Shown one piece after another: positions 57,815 to 64,000 of a DNA stretch of 64,000 nucleotides. Each line of letters opens with the position of its first letter. The stretch's first letter is position 1. The position numbers and the translations under genes were made by a program. This stretch comes from Setoptus koraiensis (lineage: Eukaryota > Animalia > Arthropoda). Location: NCBI GenBank assembly GCA_048013815.1, contig CM106586.1, forward strand, positions 10,354,001 to 10,418,000. The letters run 5' to 3'. The notes below the pieces were generated by a model that worked only from the letters and a program-made list of their open reading frames with translations, was not told the DNA's origin and did not search any database.

Positions 57815-59446
57815 ATGATGGAAGAGAATAATAATAACAACAAAAATAATATTAATAGTAATAACAGTATAAGTAATAATAACAACAGCAACGATGCAAC
57901 CGAGGAAAGGGATGATGGAACAACATCCAGCAACAATGACAAAGGGGGAGATAATGATTCGCCAGCATTCCGACTCAGGCCAAGAAGATCCACGCCACGC
58001 TCAAACTCTGGCTCTGCTAAGAAACTTACATCTGGGAGCCTTCTATTCAGTCGTTTAAGGAGTCAACAACAACCGCCTGCCAACCGTCCAGCATCAAGCG
58101 CCAAAAGGAATTTATTTTCTTCTAATGATTTGATCAAGAGCGCTCATGATAACGATGTATCGAATGCACACAATCATCACGACAATGGTGAGACTGACAA
58201 TGTCAATAAAAGGACTGACCTCAAGAGGGGTATATTAGAGTCCATAACTTATGGCGTACTCATAAGTCCTTTCATGCAACGTATCTCTGTTGTTGATCTC
58301 AAGCCAAACTCAAAATATGAACACAACTATATCACCCTACAAGTGAAAGAAGTGATAACCAATCCAGCTAACTCTTTGTCTAGAGTGGATGCGTCAGACA
58401 AAGATGACACCTCCTCTAACAATAACCAAAATGTAAAAATTCAACAACGCCAATCTACAACAACATGTAGCCGAACGTCTATATTTTCAGATATTTGCTC
58501 AAGCCAAAAGAAGAATATCTCTGACGCTAGCAAAGAGAGCTCTGGTTCTTTGCTTAGGCTTATTTGCATTGAACCAAAACACCTTTTCGATAGTTCCTTC
58601 TCGGACGATGGAGACATATCCGTTGGCAGTAACGATACTATTGCGTCGAATAGTTCAACAACTAGAAGAACATCCACTAGAAAAAAGAGACGTGTTAGCA
58701 AACTATTGTCACCATATGAGTCACCTGAGCCTTATCTAAGTAGAGAAAAACTAATAGGTGATACATTAAATAGACAACTGACTAACCCTATGCCCCTGAT
58801 TGTTCAGCTATGTGGAGAGTACGCAAAAAGTCCAGTCGAACTTGGAAAGCTTATCAACATAGCGAAGTTCAAGACCGTTATGACCTCCGAAACAGATATC
58901 AAAAGTCTTAGATTACACGATGGAATGGCGGTTACTTCTGCAAAAATAAAGTCAGAAGATGTTTCTCAGATGTCACCCAAAAACATAATTGTAACTTACA
59001 AAGGATCTAACTATACCTGTTTGCCTTTCCATGTTGAAGTTAAAGCGGAAGAGTCTAACATAGAGGACACTGAACAATCTTACAATGAAACTCTCAAATC
59101 AAAAGACTCAACAGACATGAAAAGCTCTGGTTCTTGGGTGCCGTTTGTCAGCATAACTGCATCTGTCGACAAACCTACCGATCCACTAGTTGAAATTTCT
59201 AGCACTTGCTTAGATAAGAGAAACACAGACCGAGAGTTACAACAGCAGAAGGAATCCAGCAATCACAGTCGTAACCAAAATGGATCCAATGCATCACATG
59301 GTGAACTTTCGCACGGCGAAAGCAGCGATGCCAGCACAGATGAGTCCCGTCACAAAAAGTTTTTCTACAATACCCACAATACTTTGAAGCAGGCTTCAGA
59401 AAGTCCAGACATGAAAATACTTCTGAAACCTAGTTCATCGAGCTAA
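57815..59446 (+). CDS. Hypothetical Ser/Asn-rich, probably nuclear protein
   Basis: Long stop-free AT-rich ORF. Probable 5'UTR intron 57680-57797 (gtaagt...ttgcag) puts the start at ATG 57815. Basic RKKRR cluster. No family recognised. Confidence 0.65.
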   Translation: MMEENNNNNKNNINSNNSISNNNNSNDATEERDDGTTSSNNDKGGDNDSPAFRLRPRRSTPRSNSGSAKKLTSGSLLFSRLRSQQQPPANRPASSAKRNLFSSNDLIKSAHDNDVSNAHNHHDNGETDNVNKRTDLKRGILESITYGVLISPFMQRISVVDLKPNSKYEHNYITLQVKEVITNPANSLSRVDASDKDDTSSNNNQNVKIQQRQSTTTCSRTSIFSDICSSQKKNISDASKESSGSLLRLICIEPKHLFDSSFSDDGDISVGSNDTIASNSSTTRRTSTRKKRRVSKLLSPYESPEPYLSREKLIGDTLNRQLTNPMPLIVQLCGEYAKSPVELGKLINIAKFKTVMTSETDIKSLRLHDGMAVTSAKIKSEDVSQMSPKNIIVTYKGSNYTCLPFHVEVKAEESNIEDTEQSYNETLKSKDSTDMKSSGSWVPFVSITASVDKPTDPLVEISSTCLDKRNTDRELQQQKESSNHSRNQNGSNASHGELSHGESSDASTDESRHKKFFYNTHNTLKQASESPDMKILLKPSSSS

Positions 59447-61781
59447 ATCAATTATCAGTAGGAAAAAGTTGCACTTTTAACTGTAAATAGGAATCGTATC
59501 GTGGTGGATTCTGCAATAAACCATTCTGGATAACGTCACGCGATGCGGGTGACAAAACTTTTGAAGCCTACATTGCACACTGACAAGAGTCATATTTAGA
59601 TGTTTGAGAACCATTTGCTATATATTTGTTTGCTGACAACCCCTTCTTGCTCAGCGATGGTTTGTGAAGATTTGCCAAGACAGCGAGTATAGCTATAAGA
59701 GGATAAAAATATATGTACATATGTAAATGTAACTTATGATGAGGGTAGTGATGTATTCTCTAGAGAGAGCTATTGTTGTGAACTTTACAATGTAAAGCGA
59801 CGCCGGCTAACAACGACGATGACTGAAACAATAATACCGATATTGTACCGAGTAAGATCACCAACTCTAATAGTTTTACAATAGATACAAAAAGTTTAAT
59901 ATAACAATAATTATAGCAAATTAGCAAAAAGTATTAATAACTGGCGAAAGAATAAAAATAAAGATAAAAAAATTAAAACAAAAATAGCCGTCTTGAAATT
60001 GGCGCTTGAGGTTGCTGCAGGTTTCGGGCATTGATTGTCAGTTTGGGGGGGGGGTATAGAAAGAGGAGAACAAACATTTCACACATTGGTAGTGAAAACA
60101 GGCCCTAGCAATGAGCGAATGTAGAGACACAGCGCATCCAAGATGGGGGAGGAGAATTGCAATTTGCTGCTATTTAAACTTCACCACCCCCTTAACGGAA
60201 ACAAAAAGAGGTTGCACGCCCCCAGTTTGGCGAGTGCCATCTATTGTTGGATTTGTGAGCACACTGAATTGTGAGTGTTTTAATTGAGACAGCGAGTTGT
60301 GAGACGGCACAATATTTGGGATAGAGTGGGCCCGGTTTGTTGTTCGATTGGAGCGCCTGGTTGCGGCCGGCAGGCGGCGGCGCTGGACGCGCTGACAACC
60401 GGAGTGAGGCAGTTGCGAACTATAGCAGTACTATAGAAGTATATCAGTTGTTCAACAGTGTTGAATACTGTCGAGTCACTAGTGGCTCGCACACTGTTGA
60501 GCGGCGACTGTTGCGAGTCACTCGCAGCGAATGTGCCGCTGTGCGACAGACGGCGCTGGGCAGACTGGCGTGCAGATAGCAGGCAGACTGGCGTGCAGAT
60601 ATAGAGGAGGCGGCCGTTGCAGGACGGGGATGATTCAACATTGCAACAGCGGCGGCGTCGGCGGCTGGCGCGGCAGTTGAGCGGGCCGGAGCGAGCGACG
60701 ACAGCAGTCACTGGTGAGCAGCCTCTGGTGCGAGCAACGAGCGACCGAATTCACTGTCAAGAACGAAGCAGCCATACAATCGAGTGTGTGTGTGTGTGTG
60801 TGTGTGAGTGTAACATCAGTAGCTCACACAGCCTGTGCAGTGCAGGCGCACAGGCGAGCGTCGGGGGGCGCACACTGAGATGAATTCAGAAGTGAATTCA
60901 CCGAATGCTGCACCGAGTGCCGCACTGAACGCTGCACCGAATGCCGCACTGAACGCTGCAGCGCGAATCCACTGCGCTGCACAGTGTGAATAGCGCACCG
61001 AGTGACTGCTTGTGAGTTTCACAAGCAGTCACTCAATAGCCAGTTGGACGCACAGGCAGCCACACAGGCAGCATCATTCCATAGCTACGTACGAGTGTGT
61101 GCGTGTGTGTGTGTGTGTGTGTGTAGCAAGCGGAGACGACGGGCACAGAGAGGGGGAGAGAGAGCGAATCTAGTGTAACACAGCAGTGCAGTAATAGTGC
61201 AGCAGCAGCAGCAGCCTAGTGTGTGTGTGTGTTTCACTAACCGGACAGATATTGTATAATCGGCGAGCCTACAACTGCTACCACCACTACTATATCACCG
61301 ATACTATTATTATATATACTCTATTATCACCTACACATATTATCACCATTACCATTACCACTGATATAGCTATTATTATCACTATTATTATCGCCACTAT
61401 TATCGCTATTATTATTACTATTGCCACCATTATCACCGCTGAGTAACAGCAGCCACAATTGCTAGCCGAAAGACGCTGCTATTGGCCGACAGTTATTGCT
61501 AGATTCGTATATCATCGACATTACGACACCAATCGCCGTGAGATAGATCCCCAATTGAGTCAATTGAGTCAATTATTGAGTCATTCAGTGTCGAATTTGC
61601 GTTTCGATCGCCGCCGGACACACCGTACCCGCGACTAAGCCACTTACACACACACACACACACACACACACTGCTAAATATCATCACCCATTTAGATTCA
61701 CCAGACACACACCGCAGACACACACACACACACCAACGCCCGTTGACAAATTAACAAATTAACATAACAACAACCAATTAA

Positions 61782-64000
<2,219 letters not shown>

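Overview
Eukaryotic, arthropod-type DNA from a very compact genome. Short (~90-120 nt) and few introns, tight gene packing and pervasive CAA/GTT repeats suggest an acariform, eriophyoid-like mite (inference, not verified). The window has three compartments. (1) 1-8.4 kb is a dense AT-rich housekeeping block: PSENEN last exon, GTPBP10, TTLL15-like, MRPL17, TRAPPC6, and an intronless ORF fusing the N-terminus of ribophorin I (RPN1) in frame to a shortened NUP210/gp210. (2) ~9.7-52.4 kb is GC/CpG-richer and saturated with microsatellites. It holds only two convincing CDSs, an intronless low-complexity-expanded FoxB gene and an orphan single-pass membrane protein, plus many short tandem arrays whose units often carry recognisable TF-type motifs (above all CAGGTRA, also forkhead, PAR-bZIP, CACGTG, TGACAG, CGATA). 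(3) 52.9-64 kb is a second housekeeping block: NDUFA10, DNAJC2, MRPL35, an orphan nuclear-type protein and DDX3/belle running off the window. Best leads are the RPN1::NUP210 chimera (real fusion or assembly deletion) and the array-built CAGGTRA landscape upstream of FoxB. Homology calls are from motif recognition by eye; no searches were run.
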